DNA of 62,145 bases, the filler included. It is 8 parts of 8 records of this genome, joined end to end, with 100 filler letters (N's around TTAATTAATTAA, not from the genome) between each part and the next. Parts side by side here need not be neighbours in the genome. Positions count along the whole stretch, not along the records: positions 51,075 to 58,453 come from SRR20825010_5886; positions 58,554 to 62,145 come from SRR20825010_5892; 6 more parts are not named here. One strand, 5' to 3'. Positions 51,075 to 60,100 of this stretch are shown one piece after another. The position numbers were made by a program, and so were the translations under genes. A model generated the notes under the pieces. The model ran no database searches. It saw nothing but the letters and a program-made list of their open reading frames with translations, and was not told the origin of the DNA. The first letter of the stretch is position 1. Each line of letters opens with the position of its first letter.

Positions 51075-51854
51075 GTGCAGGGCGCCGAGCCGCTGTTCTT
51101 CCTCGATTACTACGCCACCGGCAAGCTTGATGTCGAAGCGGCCCGCACCGTCGTTGCCGGGATCGCCGAAGGCTGCTGCCAGTCCGGAGCAGCCCTGATC
51201 GGTGGCGAGACCGCGGAAATGCCGGGCATGTATACGGACGGCGATTTCGATCTTGCCGGATTCGCCGTGGGCGCGGCCGAGCGCGAGAACCTGATTCTGG
51301 AGCCGCGTGCCGAAGCCGGCGACGTGATTCTCGGTCTTGCCGCCTCTGGCGTGCATTCGAACGGCTTCTCTCTGGTCCGCCGGATCGTCGACCGCTCCGG
51401 TCTCGGCTGGAGTGATGATGCTCCTTTCGCCAAAGGCCAGAGCCTCGGCGACGCGCTGCTGACGCCGACGAAGATCTATGTGAAGTCCTGCCTTGCAGCC
51501 CTCGCAAGCGGTGGTGTTACAGGCCTCGCCCACATTACGGGCGGCGGTCTGCTGGACAATCCGCCGCGTTCCTTCGCCAAACATCTGGCCGCCGAGATCG
51601 ATGTCGAGAGCTGGCCTCTCCCCCCGGTCTTCAAGTGGCTGGCCGAAACCGGCGGTGTGCCGGCGGAGGAGCTGGCCCGAACCTTTAACTGCGGCATCGG
51701 CATGACCCTGACCGTTTCGGCGGACCGGGTGGATGCCGTGACAGAGATCCTTGAAGAGGCTGGCGAAACCGTGTTCCGGATCGGCAAGCTGACCGACCGG
51801 GCCGAGGACGCACCGTCCGTCACGCTGCAAGGGCTCGGGACCTGGCCCGCGTGA
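51075..51854 (+). CDS. purM: AIR synthetase, 5'-truncated
   Basis: [41 protein letters not shown]. Confidence 0.96.
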   Translation: MQGAEPLFFLDYYATGKLDVEAARTVVAGIAEGCCQSGAALIGGETAEMPGMYTDGDFDLAGFAVGAAERENLILEPRAEAGDVILGLAASGVHSNGFSLVRRIVDRSGLGWSDDAPFAKGQSLGDALLTPTKIYVKSCLAALASGGVTGLAHITGGGLLDNPPRSFAKHLAAEIDVESWPLPPVFKWLAETGGVPAEELARTFNCGIGMTLTVSADRVDAVTEILEEAGETVFRIGKLTDRAEDAPSVTLQGLGTWPA

Positions 51855-52519
51855 GCAGGGGAAAACTCAGGGTCGGCGTTCTGGTATCGGGCAGCGGCAG
51901 CAATCTGCAGGCGCTGATAGATGCCTGCGCCGCCCCGGACCATCCTGCCGAAATCGTCACCGTGATATCGAACCGTCCGGACGTGCGTGCGCTGGACCGG
52001 GCAAAGGCGGCGGACATTCCGGCAGTAGTCTTCGATCACAAGAATTATCCGGATCGGGCCAGCTTCGATGCGGACATGCAGAAAGCGCTCGATGAAGCGG
52101 GCGTGGAATTCATCTGCCTTGCCGGCTTCATGCGGCTTCTGACGACCGCGTTCGTCGAGCACTGGCGCGGGCGGATGATCAATATCCACCCTTCTCTGCT
52201 GCCGTCCTTCAAGGGGCTTAACGTGCAGCAGCGGGCAATCGACGCCGGAGCCAGGTTCGCTGGCTGCACGGTGCATTTCGTCACCCCGGAAATGGATGTC
52301 GGCCCGATCATCCAGCAGGCCGTGGTGCCGATCCACCAGGACGACACGGGCGACACGCTGGCCGCGCGGATATTGGTGCAGGAGCACCGGATCTATCCCG
52401 TCTGCCTGAGATGGGTGGCGGAAGGCCGGGTGCGGATCGAGGGAGAGCGGGTGTTCCTGGATGGTGCGACACCGCCGGATGCAGCCCTGCTCAACCCGTC
52501 ACCGGAATATATGGACTGA
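51851..52519 (+). CDS. purN: Phosphoribosylglycinamide formyltransferase
   Basis: [32 protein letters not shown] overlap with purM. Confidence 0.96.
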   Translation: MSRGKLRVGVLVSGSGSNLQALIDACAAPDHPAEIVTVISNRPDVRALDRAKAADIPAVVFDHKNYPDRASFDADMQKALDEAGVEFICLAGFMRLLTTAFVEHWRGRMINIHPSLLPSFKGLNVQQRAIDAGARFAGCTVHFVTPEMDVGPIIQQAVVPIHQDDTGDTLAARILVQEHRIYPVCLRWVAEGRVRIEGERVFLDGATPPDAALLNPSPEYMD

Positions 52520-52615
52520 CGATAGAGGCTTGGCGCCCCGCGCCGGCTGAATTATACAGTTCAACTTGAGTTATAAGCCGGGTCCAGACCGGCACGACAT
52601 CCCTACGGAGGCGAT

Positions 52616-52753
52616 ATGGCTGCGAGCAACGGATCCACGGACAGCAATTATCCGGAATACAAGAGCAATTACGAGTGGTTCGCCAGCATGCTGAAATGGT
52701 CGACCATTGGTGTCGTCGTTCTGCTGATCCTGATGGCGATCTTCCTGGTCTGA
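52616..52753 (+). CDS. Probable aa3-type cytochrome c oxidase subunit IV (CtaH-like), 45 aa
   Basis: GGAGG RBS; MAASNGSTDSNYPEYKSNYEWFASMLKWSTIGVVVLLILMAIFLV with a single C-terminal TM; absent from the ORF track. Confidence 0.75.
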   Translation: MAASNGSTDSNYPEYKSNYEWFASMLKWSTIGVVVLLILMAIFLV

Positions 52754-52804
52754 CCCCTCCTGGTCTGGCCGGGGGACAAGTCACACCAGCCGCAAGGCGG
52801 AATC

Positions 52805-52836
52805 AAAAAGGGCCGGTCAGATGACCGGCCCTTTTT
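52805..52836. terminator. Bidirectional intrinsic terminator
   Basis: AAAAAGGGCCGGTCA-GA-TGACCGGCCCTTTTT between convergent genes. Confidence 0.85.
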
Positions 52837-52854
52837 CTATTCGGCAGCAGTACT

Positions 52855-53277
52855 TCAGCCGACGATTTCGTTGCCGCTGAAGAACTGGGCGATCTCGATA
52901 GCGGCGGTTTCCGGAGCGTCGGAACCATGCACGGTGTTCTCACCGATGGACTTGGCATAGGCCTTCCGGATGGTGCCTTCGGCGGCTTCAGCCGGGTTGG
53001 TGGCGCCCATCACGTCGCGATAGGTCGCAATGGCGTTTTCGCCTTCCAGGACCTGCACGACAACCGGTGCGGAGATCATGAATTCAACCAGCTCACCGAA
53101 GAACGGGCGCTCGCTGTGCACGGCGTAGAAGGTTTCGGCCTGAGCCTGCGTCATCTGGATGCGCTTCTGCGCGACAATGCGCAGGCCCGCTTCTTCGATC
53201 ATTTTGTTGACGCCGCCGGTCAGGTTCCGCTCGGTTGCGTCCGGCTTGATGATGGAGAAAGTGCGCTGAATGGCCAT
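52855..53277 (-). CDS. ndk: Nucleoside diphosphate kinase
   Basis: [30 protein letters not shown]. Confidence 0.97.
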   Translation of the reverse strand: MAIQRTFSIIKPDATERNLTGGVNKMIEEAGLRIVAQKRIQMTQAQAETFYAVHSERPFFGELVEFMISAPVVVQVLEGENAIATYRDVMGATNPAEAAEGTIRKAYAKSIGENTVHGSDAPETAAIEIAQFFSGNEIVG

Positions 53278-53446
53278 TGTATCTCTCTTCTGGTTCTGCG
53301 GGACGGCCGGGGCCATCCGCGAAATTCGATTGAAAAAGCTAAGCGGGCGCAAAAGCGCCCGGCGCGCGCCTTATAGCGGTGCGGGCGGTACGGGGCAAGC
53401 CACGCGATGACCTGCCCCGCCCTGAATAATTGCCCCGAATGCCCGG

Positions 53447-54664
53447 TCAGGCGCGGCGTTTCGCCACCGCGGCCTCGATCCGCTCCAGCGCATCGGTGAG
53501 GATGGAGCGCGGGCAGGCAATATTGATGCGCTCGAAACCCTCTCCCTCGGTGCCGAAGACATAGCCCTCGTCGAACAGGACTTTCGCCTCTTCATGCATC
53601 AGGGCTTCAAGCTCCAGCTTGTCGAGGCCAAGTCCCCGGCAATCGAGCCAGACCAGATAGGTGCCTTCCGGATGCACCACCTTGATTTCCGGAATACGCT
53701 CGGCCACGAAGCTTTCGAGATAGTTCGCGTTCTCGCTCAGATAATCGAGTACCTGGGCCAGCCACTCTTCGCCTTCGTTATAGGCCGCCATGGTGGCAAC
53801 CAGACCGAAGCTGTTCATGCCGCCAATACCGGAAGCAGCGATTTCCTTGTTCAGCGCCTTCCGGTAAGCCTCGTTCGAGACGATCATGTTGGACGTGTGC
53901 AGACCGGCCAGATTGAACGTCTTCGACGGGGCGGTACAGACAACCGCATTATCCATCATATCCGCGCCGAGCGTCCCGAACGGCACGAACTTGGAGCCAT
54001 TCAGCATCAGATCGCCATGGATCTCGTCGGCGATCACGACAACGCCATTCTTCTTGCAGATCTCGCCAAACCGCTTCAGCTCTTCGGCGGTCCAGACCCG
54101 GCCGACCGGGTTGTGCGGACTGCAGAAGACGCAGAGCTTCACCTTGGGGTCGGCCGTCTTGGCTTCGAGGTCGTCGAAATCCATCCGGTAGACGCCATTT
54201 TCCATCACCAGCGAGTTGGAGACGACTTCACGGCCGTTATTCTCGATGGCATAGGTGAAGGGATAATAGACCGGGCGCTGGATCAGCACCTTGTCGCCCG
54301 GCTCGGTCAGGGCCCGAACCAGCAGGTTAAGCGCGGGCACCACCCCCGGCGTATTGACGATCCAATCCTGCTCGACCTTCCAGCCGTGACGGCGCTCCAT
54401 CCAGCCGGTAATCGCCTCGTTATACTCCGGCGTGCGGACGACATAACCGAAGATCGGATGGTCGATACGGGCGCGCATGGCGTCACGGATCGGCTCCGCG
54501 ATCGGGAAATCCATGTCGGCCACCCACATCGGCAGGGTCCGCTCGGCGCCCAGGTCCGGATCCGTGCCTTCCCACAGCTCCCGCTTGTCGCCGCGCCAAT
54601 AGATCTGCCACTTGACGGAATTCGTCCCGGTCCGCCGGATCTCCTGATCAAAATCGTATTTCAC
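53447..54664 (-). CDS. PatB/MalY family PLP-dependent C-S lyase
   Basis: PMWVADMDF, CSPHNPVG, DEIH, PSKTFNLAG, EGTYLVWLD, RINIACP. Confidence 0.9.
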   Translation of the reverse strand: MKYDFDQEIRRTGTNSVKWQIYWRGDKRELWEGTDPDLGAERTLPMWVADMDFPIAEPIRDAMRARIDHPIFGYVVRTPEYNEAITGWMERRHGWKVEQDWIVNTPGVVPALNLLVRALTEPGDKVLIQRPVYYPFTYAIENNGREVVSNSLVMENGVYRMDFDDLEAKTADPKVKLCVFCSPHNPVGRVWTAEELKRFGEICKKNGVVVIADEIHGDLMLNGSKFVPFGTLGADMMDNAVVCTAPSKTFNLAGLHTSNMIVSNEAYRKALNKEIAASGIGGMNSFGLVATMAAYNEGEEWLAQVLDYLSENANYLESFVAERIPEIKVVHPEGTYLVWLDCRGLGLDKLELEALMHEEAKVLFDEGYVFGTEGEGFERINIACPRSILTDALERIEAAVAKRRA

Positions 54665-54704
54665 CTGTTACTCCAGGGTTCGTTTATGTCATCCATAGCC
54701 GGAC

Positions 54705-55154
54705 TCAGCCGGCCTTCTCCCAACCGCCACTTTCCGTCTGCCGCCAATAGGCAAGCGTATGACCGGCGGTCTTGTAGTCCTTCCATCTGGCTCGTGCTGC
54801 TCTCACTGCGTCGTCATTGCGGCCATCGAACAGCTCGAACACGCGTTCATAATCACCGACTTGCCCCGAGACAGCGCCGTCCGTCAGAAACAGAAAGCGC
54901 GCCTGGTTCGGATTCTCGTCCGCGATTGTCAGCCAGATCGGCTGCAGCTCCGCATTCCCGTCTTTTTCACTGCCATGCGGCAGCCAGCTATCCTGATCGA
55001 AAGTCCAGAGATGGGCATTGAGGTCGGCGACGCGCTCCTCGCTTGACGCCATCACGACGACGCGCGCCTCCGCCTGAAGCGACTTTTCAAGCAGCTTCGG
55101 CAGAGCCCATTCCAGGGGACGCGCCGTCAGATGGTAGAAGTTGATGTCAGTCAT
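54705..55154 (-). CDS. holC: DNA polymerase III chi subunit
   Basis: FYHL, LLEK, LWT..SWLPHG, QPIWLT, AR.RWK.Y. Confidence 0.93.
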   Translation of the reverse strand: MTDINFYHLTARPLEWALPKLLEKSLQAEARVVVMASSEERVADLNAHLWTFDQDSWLPHGSEKDGNAELQPIWLTIADENPNQARFLFLTDGAVSGQVGDYERVFELFDGRNDDAVRAARARWKDYKTAGHTLAYWRQTESGGWEKAG

Positions 55155-55174
55155 CACAAGGAGCGCCGGGCCGG

Positions 55175-56662
55175 TCAGGATTCGTAATTCGCCTGCACCA
55201 GCTCGTTAAGAAGCCGTACGCCCCAACCGGTTCCGCCTTTCGGTACCGTTGAAGACTCCTTCGAGGACCAGGCCATGCCAGCCATGTCCATATGCACCCA
55301 CGGCAGGTCGTTGACGAAGCGCTCCAAGAAGCAGGCGGCGGTGATACTGCCGCCCCAGCGCGCGCCCGCGTTCTTCATGTCGGCGATGTCGCTGTCCATC
55401 ATCTTGTTGTATTCTTCGCCGAGCGGCATCCGCCAGATCTTCTCGCCGGCGGTCTTAGAGGCGGCCTCTAGCTTGCCCGCCAGCTCGTCATCGTTCGCGA
55501 AAAACCCGCAATTGACCTGACCGAGGGCAACCATGATGGCGCCGGTCAAAGTGGCGAGATCGAGCATGAACTGCGGCTTGAAGCGATCCTGCGTATACCA
55601 GAGCGCATCGGCCAGAACGAGCCGGCCTTCCGCATCAGTGTTGATGATCTCGATGGTCTGCCCGGACATGGAGGTGACCACGTCACCCGGACGCTGCGCA
55701 TTGCCGTCCGGCATGTTCTCCACCAGGCCAACAACGCCAATCACATTCGCTTTCGCCTTCCGCCCCGCCAGCGCCTTCATCAGGCCAACCACGGTTGCGG
55801 ATCCGCCCATGTCCCACTTCATGTCTTCCATGCCGCCGGCCGGCTTCAGGGAAATGCCGCCGGTATCGAAACAGACGCCCTTGCCAACAAAGGCAATCGG
55901 CTGCTGCTTCTTCGGCCCGCCGTCCCAGCGCATGATGACGATCCGGCTCTCACGTTCGGAACCCTGGCCGACGCCAAGCAGCGCGCCCATGCCGAGCTTC
56001 GCCATCTGCTTTTCGTCCAGCACCTCAATCTTCACGCCGAGCTCGGACAACTCTTCGATGCGCTTGGTGTAGGAAACCGGGTAAAGCACGTTCGCCGGCT
56101 CGCTTACGAGGTCGCGGGCCATGAACACGCCGTCCGCGACGGCGCTCAGCCCGGCAAAGGCTTTCTTTGCTTCCGTGGCGGCATCGGTCAGGACCGTCAG
56201 CTTCTGCAAGACTGGCAGGTCTTCCTTCTTCTGCTTGGTCTTGTATTTGTCGAAACGGTAGGTGCGCAGCAGTCCGCCGAAAGCCAGCCGGGCGGCCCGT
56301 GCCGCCGCGCCTTCGTCTAAGGCGCCGTCAGCACCATGCGGCTCGAACAGCACGGCCACTTCCTTGTCGCCCGTCCCCAGCAGAGCACCGACGATGGAGC
56401 CACCGGCATTCTCGGACCAAAGCTCGTCGACCTTGCTGCCGTCACCGAGCCCGTAGAGGAGAACCGTGCCCGTCGCCCCGAACACGGAGAGTGTCTGGTT
56501 CGGCTTTCCGGTAAACTTGTTTGCCTTCATTGCCCGGGACAGCAGGCCGCCAAGTTGCTCGTCCAGCTCGGCGGCGAGCGGCAGCAGAACACTACCCTCC
56601 ATCACACCGACAACGACCGCACCCTTAGCCGGCAATGCCAGTTTCTGAAACCCAACTTTCAT
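55175..56662 (-). CDS. pepA: Leucyl aminopeptidase (M17)
   Basis: VGKGVCFDTGGISLKP, MKWDMGG, NTDAEGRL, ATLTGA. Confidence 0.96.
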   Translation of the reverse strand: MKVGFQKLALPAKGAVVVGVMEGSVLLPLAAELDEQLGGLLSRAMKANKFTGKPNQTLSVFGATGTVLLYGLGDGSKVDELWSENAGGSIVGALLGTGDKEVAVLFEPHGADGALDEGAAARAARLAFGGLLRTYRFDKYKTKQKKEDLPVLQKLTVLTDAATEAKKAFAGLSAVADGVFMARDLVSEPANVLYPVSYTKRIEELSELGVKIEVLDEKQMAKLGMGALLGVGQGSERESRIVIMRWDGGPKKQQPIAFVGKGVCFDTGGISLKPAGGMEDMKWDMGGSATVVGLMKALAGRKAKANVIGVVGLVENMPDGNAQRPGDVVTSMSGQTIEIINTDAEGRLVLADALWYTQDRFKPQFMLDLATLTGAIMVALGQVNCGFFANDDELAGKLEAASKTAGEKIWRMPLGEEYNKMMDSDIADMKNAGARWGGSITAACFLERFVNDLPWVHMDMAGMAWSSKESSTVPKGGTGWGVRLLNELVQANYES

Positions 56663-56902
56663 TCCGATTCTCCCTCTGAGCAAGAGTTCGCCCCGATCAG
56701 GCGATGCATTGTCTGGCGTTCTGGCCATATGGCTTCCACCGGCGCCGTGCCGCCGGGTAGCCCTGCATGCGCGGGTAACGAACCTGTGCTGCTTACATCC
56801 TGATTAAGTTCGTGATTGGAAACACTTGAAACATCGCTATCATGCGCCCTTCGATGCGGGTTGCGCAAGAACCCGCCTAGGCACGACCAGCCAAACGGGA
56901 TC

Positions 56903-58027
56903 ATGAGGATCGATCGCTACGTCATTCGCCAGATACTGGCCGCGATGATCATTGTTGTGGTCTCGCTAACCTGCGTCATCTGGCTGAGCCAGTCCCTGCG
57001 TTTCATCGACATGATCGTGAACCGGGGCCTACCGCTCGCGACATTCATCTACTTCACCGTCCTGCTGATGCCGACCTGGCTGTCGCTGGTGTTGCCGATC
57101 GCCTGTTTCGCGTCGACGATGTTCGTCTATAGCCGGATGGCAAGCGATCGCGAGCTGGTCGTTCTCACCGCGTCCGGCCTCGGACCAATGGGGCTTGCCC
57201 GTCCGGCAATAATCGTTTCCATCCTGGTCACATTGCTCGGCTATCTGCTCAGCCTCTATCTGATTCCGGTCTCCTACCGCGGTTTCAAGGAGCTGCAATT
57301 CCAGATCCGGCACAATTACACGAACGTGCTGCTGCGCGAGGGAGTCTTCAACTCCATGGGGGACGACGTGACGGTCTTCATCCGCGCACGCCAGCCGGAC
57401 GGAGAGCTGGCCGGGATTATCGTTCAGGACGACAGAGACGAGAAAGAGTCCGTCACCCTTCTGGCCGAACGGGGCGCGCTGATCCTTGACGGCAAAGCCC
57501 CCAAGGTTCTGATGGTCAATGGCAACCGGCAAGCACGCGACACAACGACCGGCCGGATAAATATCCTCTATTTCGAACGTTACACGGTCGATCTCGGCGG
57601 TATCGGCGATGCCGTACAACGCACGGCGCGCGACCAGAATGAGCTTTTCGTCGATGAGCTGCTCAACCCGACGGAGGAAATTACCGAGCCCCGCAATTTC
57701 CTCAAATACAAGGCCGAGGGACACAGCCGCCTGGTCACGCCACTGCTCGGTATCGCCTTGCCGCTGATCGGGCTCGTGATCATTCTCAAGGGTGAATTCT
57801 CCCGCCGGGGCCAGAGCAAACGTCTGATCCTTGCAATCCTGCTGGTCGGGCTGGTGCAGGCCGCCGTTCTCGGCTCGAAATATGCCGCTGCCAAGGAGAT
57901 CGGATTACTGCCGTTGATGTATGGCAGCGCAATCGCACCGATCCTGATCAGCCTGATCATCCTGTCCCGCCAGAAGTTACGCCGCCCGAAAGCGCCCGCA
58001 AGTCCCGTCGAGGAATCACCGGCATGA
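56903..58027 (+). CDS. lptF: LPS export ABC transporter permease LptF
   Basis: MRIDRYV, WLSQSLR, DRELVVL.ASG, EGVFN; divergent from pepA and upstream of lptG. Confidence 0.9.
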   Translation: MRIDRYVIRQILAAMIIVVVSLTCVIWLSQSLRFIDMIVNRGLPLATFIYFTVLLMPTWLSLVLPIACFASTMFVYSRMASDRELVVLTASGLGPMGLARPAIIVSILVTLLGYLLSLYLIPVSYRGFKELQFQIRHNYTNVLLREGVFNSMGDDVTVFIRARQPDGELAGIIVQDDRDEKESVTLLAERGALILDGKAPKVLMVNGNRQARDTTTGRINILYFERYTVDLGGIGDAVQRTARDQNELFVDELLNPTEEITEPRNFLKYKAEGHSRLVTPLLGIALPLIGLVIILKGEFSRRGQSKRLILAILLVGLVQAAVLGSKYAAAKEIGLLPLMYGSAIAPILISLIILSRQKLRRPKAPASPVEESPA

Positions 58028-58453
58028 AGTGGTCCGGCACGCTCTCGCTCTATTTCGGCAAACAGTTCCTGTTCTGGGTACTCGGCACTTTCCTCGCCAT
58101 CATGGTGATCGTCTATCTGCTTGATGCCATCGAGTTATTGCGGCGCGGCTCGGACAAGGAGCTTGCGACCCTGACCCTGATGTTACAAATGGCGGCATTG
58201 AAAGCTCCCCAGATGGGGCAAACCATCCTGCCCTTCGCGACCCTGTTCGGCTCCATGCTGGCATTCACCCGGATGACACGCTCGAACGAACTCGTGGTTG
58301 CCCGCGCCGCCGGCGTCTCCGTCTGGCAGTTCCTGCTGCCCGCTCTCATGATCGCGTTCTTGATCGGTGTCTTCAAGATCACCGTGTTCAATCCGGTGGC
58401 CTCTGTCATGACCGCCAAATACGAGGCTCTCGAAAACAAAATTCTGCGGGACA
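58024..58453 (+). CDS. lptG: LPS export ABC transporter permease LptG, 3'-truncated
   Basis: LPFATLFG, ELVVARAAGVSVWQF; ATGA overlap with lptF. Confidence 0.9.
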
Positions 58454-58553
58454 NNNNNNNNNNNNNNNNNNNNNNNNNNNNNNNNNNNNNNNNNNNNTTA
58501 ATTAATTAANNNNNNNNNNNNNNNNNNNNNNNNNNNNNNNNNNNNNNNNNNNN
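58454..58553. other. Artificial contig spacer
   Basis: N44-TTAATTAATTAA-N44. Confidence 0.97.
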
Positions 58554-59812
58554 TGGTGCTGCGTAACAAAAAGCTGCAGCCTGTTGATATTGCCGGTACG
58601 AATGCCTTCTATCAGTGGATCTGGGACAGTCTGTACGAGAATAAACCCTACAACGAATTCGTAGGAGAGATCCTGTCTGCCTCGGGTGAGTTTCGTCAGA
58701 ATCCGGCAGTCGTCTGGTACCGTGAAGTCAATACTGTTGAAGAACAGGTGGAAGACACGGCGCAGCTCTTCCTGGGGCTCCGTATTCAATGTGCACGCTG
58801 CCATCATCATCCCTTCGAAAAATGGAGTCAGGATGATTACTATGGACTGGCCGCATTTTTCAGCCGAGTTGGAACGAAAGATCCGACTGCTGGTTCGATT
58901 GGGGAACGCGGGTTCCGGGATCAGCGTATCTTCCATAAAGAGGGAATGGCGACAGCGAAGAATATCCGCTCTGGTGAAAACCTGAAGCCCACGGCTCTGG
59001 GTATGCAGCCTCTGGAACTAAGTCCCGAACGTGATCCCCGTGTGGCATTAGTGCAGTGGCTATCGCGTACCGATAATCCGTTCTTTGCAAAAGCAGTTGT
59101 GAATCGTTACTGGAAACACTTCTTTGGTCGCGGGATTGTCGAACCCGAAGATGACATGCGTGCTACCAATCCTCCTGCCAACCCTGAGTTGCTGGATGGA
59201 CTGTCCAAGCATTTTGTGGAAAGTGGATTCGACCTGAAGGAACTGGTGCGTGCGATCTGCCGTTCTAATGCCTATCAGCTCAGTTCGCTGCCAAACGAAT
59301 ACAACCTGAAAGACAAACAGAACTTCTCGCGATACTATCCCAAACGATTGACTGCAGAAGTGCTATATGATGTCTTCCATCAGGTGACCAATTCCTCACA
59401 GCGTTTTTCAGGTCTGCCCGCTGATACGAAAGCCATTCAGATTACGGATGCCACCTCGGCTCCTTACTTCCTGAAAGTATTCGGGCAACCACAGGCGGAT
59501 ACTGCTTGTGAATGTGAACGATCTCAAAGCGCTAACCTGGCACAAAGCCTGCATCTGCTGAACAGTAAAGAAGTTCAGGATAAGATTACAGGTGCATCGA
59601 GTCGAGCCGCCTTGCTGGCGAAAGACACGAAACGTTCCAACGAGGAAAAAATTCAGGAACTGTATCGCTGGGTATACTCTCGTGCTCCCCAGGAACAGGA
59701 AATGAAATTCGCCCTGTCCTATATTGAACGACATAAAGAAAAGCCACAGATTGCCTATGAAGATATTATCTGGGCTCTGATCAATACCAAGGAATTCCTG
59801 TTCAACCATTAA
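58554..59812 (+). CDS. DUF1549/DUF1553 (PSD1) planctomycete protein, 5'-truncated
   Basis: FLGLRIQCARCHHHPFEKW, NPFFAKAVVNRYW, NPELLD, CECER, WALINTKEFLFNH. Confidence 0.88.
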
Positions 59813-59836
59813 TAAGATGTATTGGTGCGAAAATTC

Positions 59837-59875
59837 GATGCCATCAGCGTGCCTACCTGGTTTGCTGATGGCGTC
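59837..59875. other. Stem-loop downstream of the DUF1553 gene
   Basis: GATGCCATCAGC ... GCTGATGGCGTC inverted repeat. Confidence 0.4.
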
Positions 59876-60100
59876 TGTTCACAGCGAACGTCGATTTCCA
59901 GTGATCATGAATTCCGATAAAAGTCTCTGAATTTCAAGCTGACAACTATTTTATGTTTAGACAATGCTGGTCGGCTTTTTTACAATAAACTTAAGATAAC
60001 CTGTGTTGATTTCGTTTTGACTACTGTGAAACGTGTTGATTACGGGTTCCCTCCTGAAATCCTCCCAGAAAATTCCATCCAGAAAATTGGTAGCAGTATT

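Noticed and set aside
60002-60088. Short direct repeats GTGTTGATT and CCAGAAAATT upstream of the PPC gene
   Set aside because: Two copies each in AT-rich promoter DNA; too weak to call
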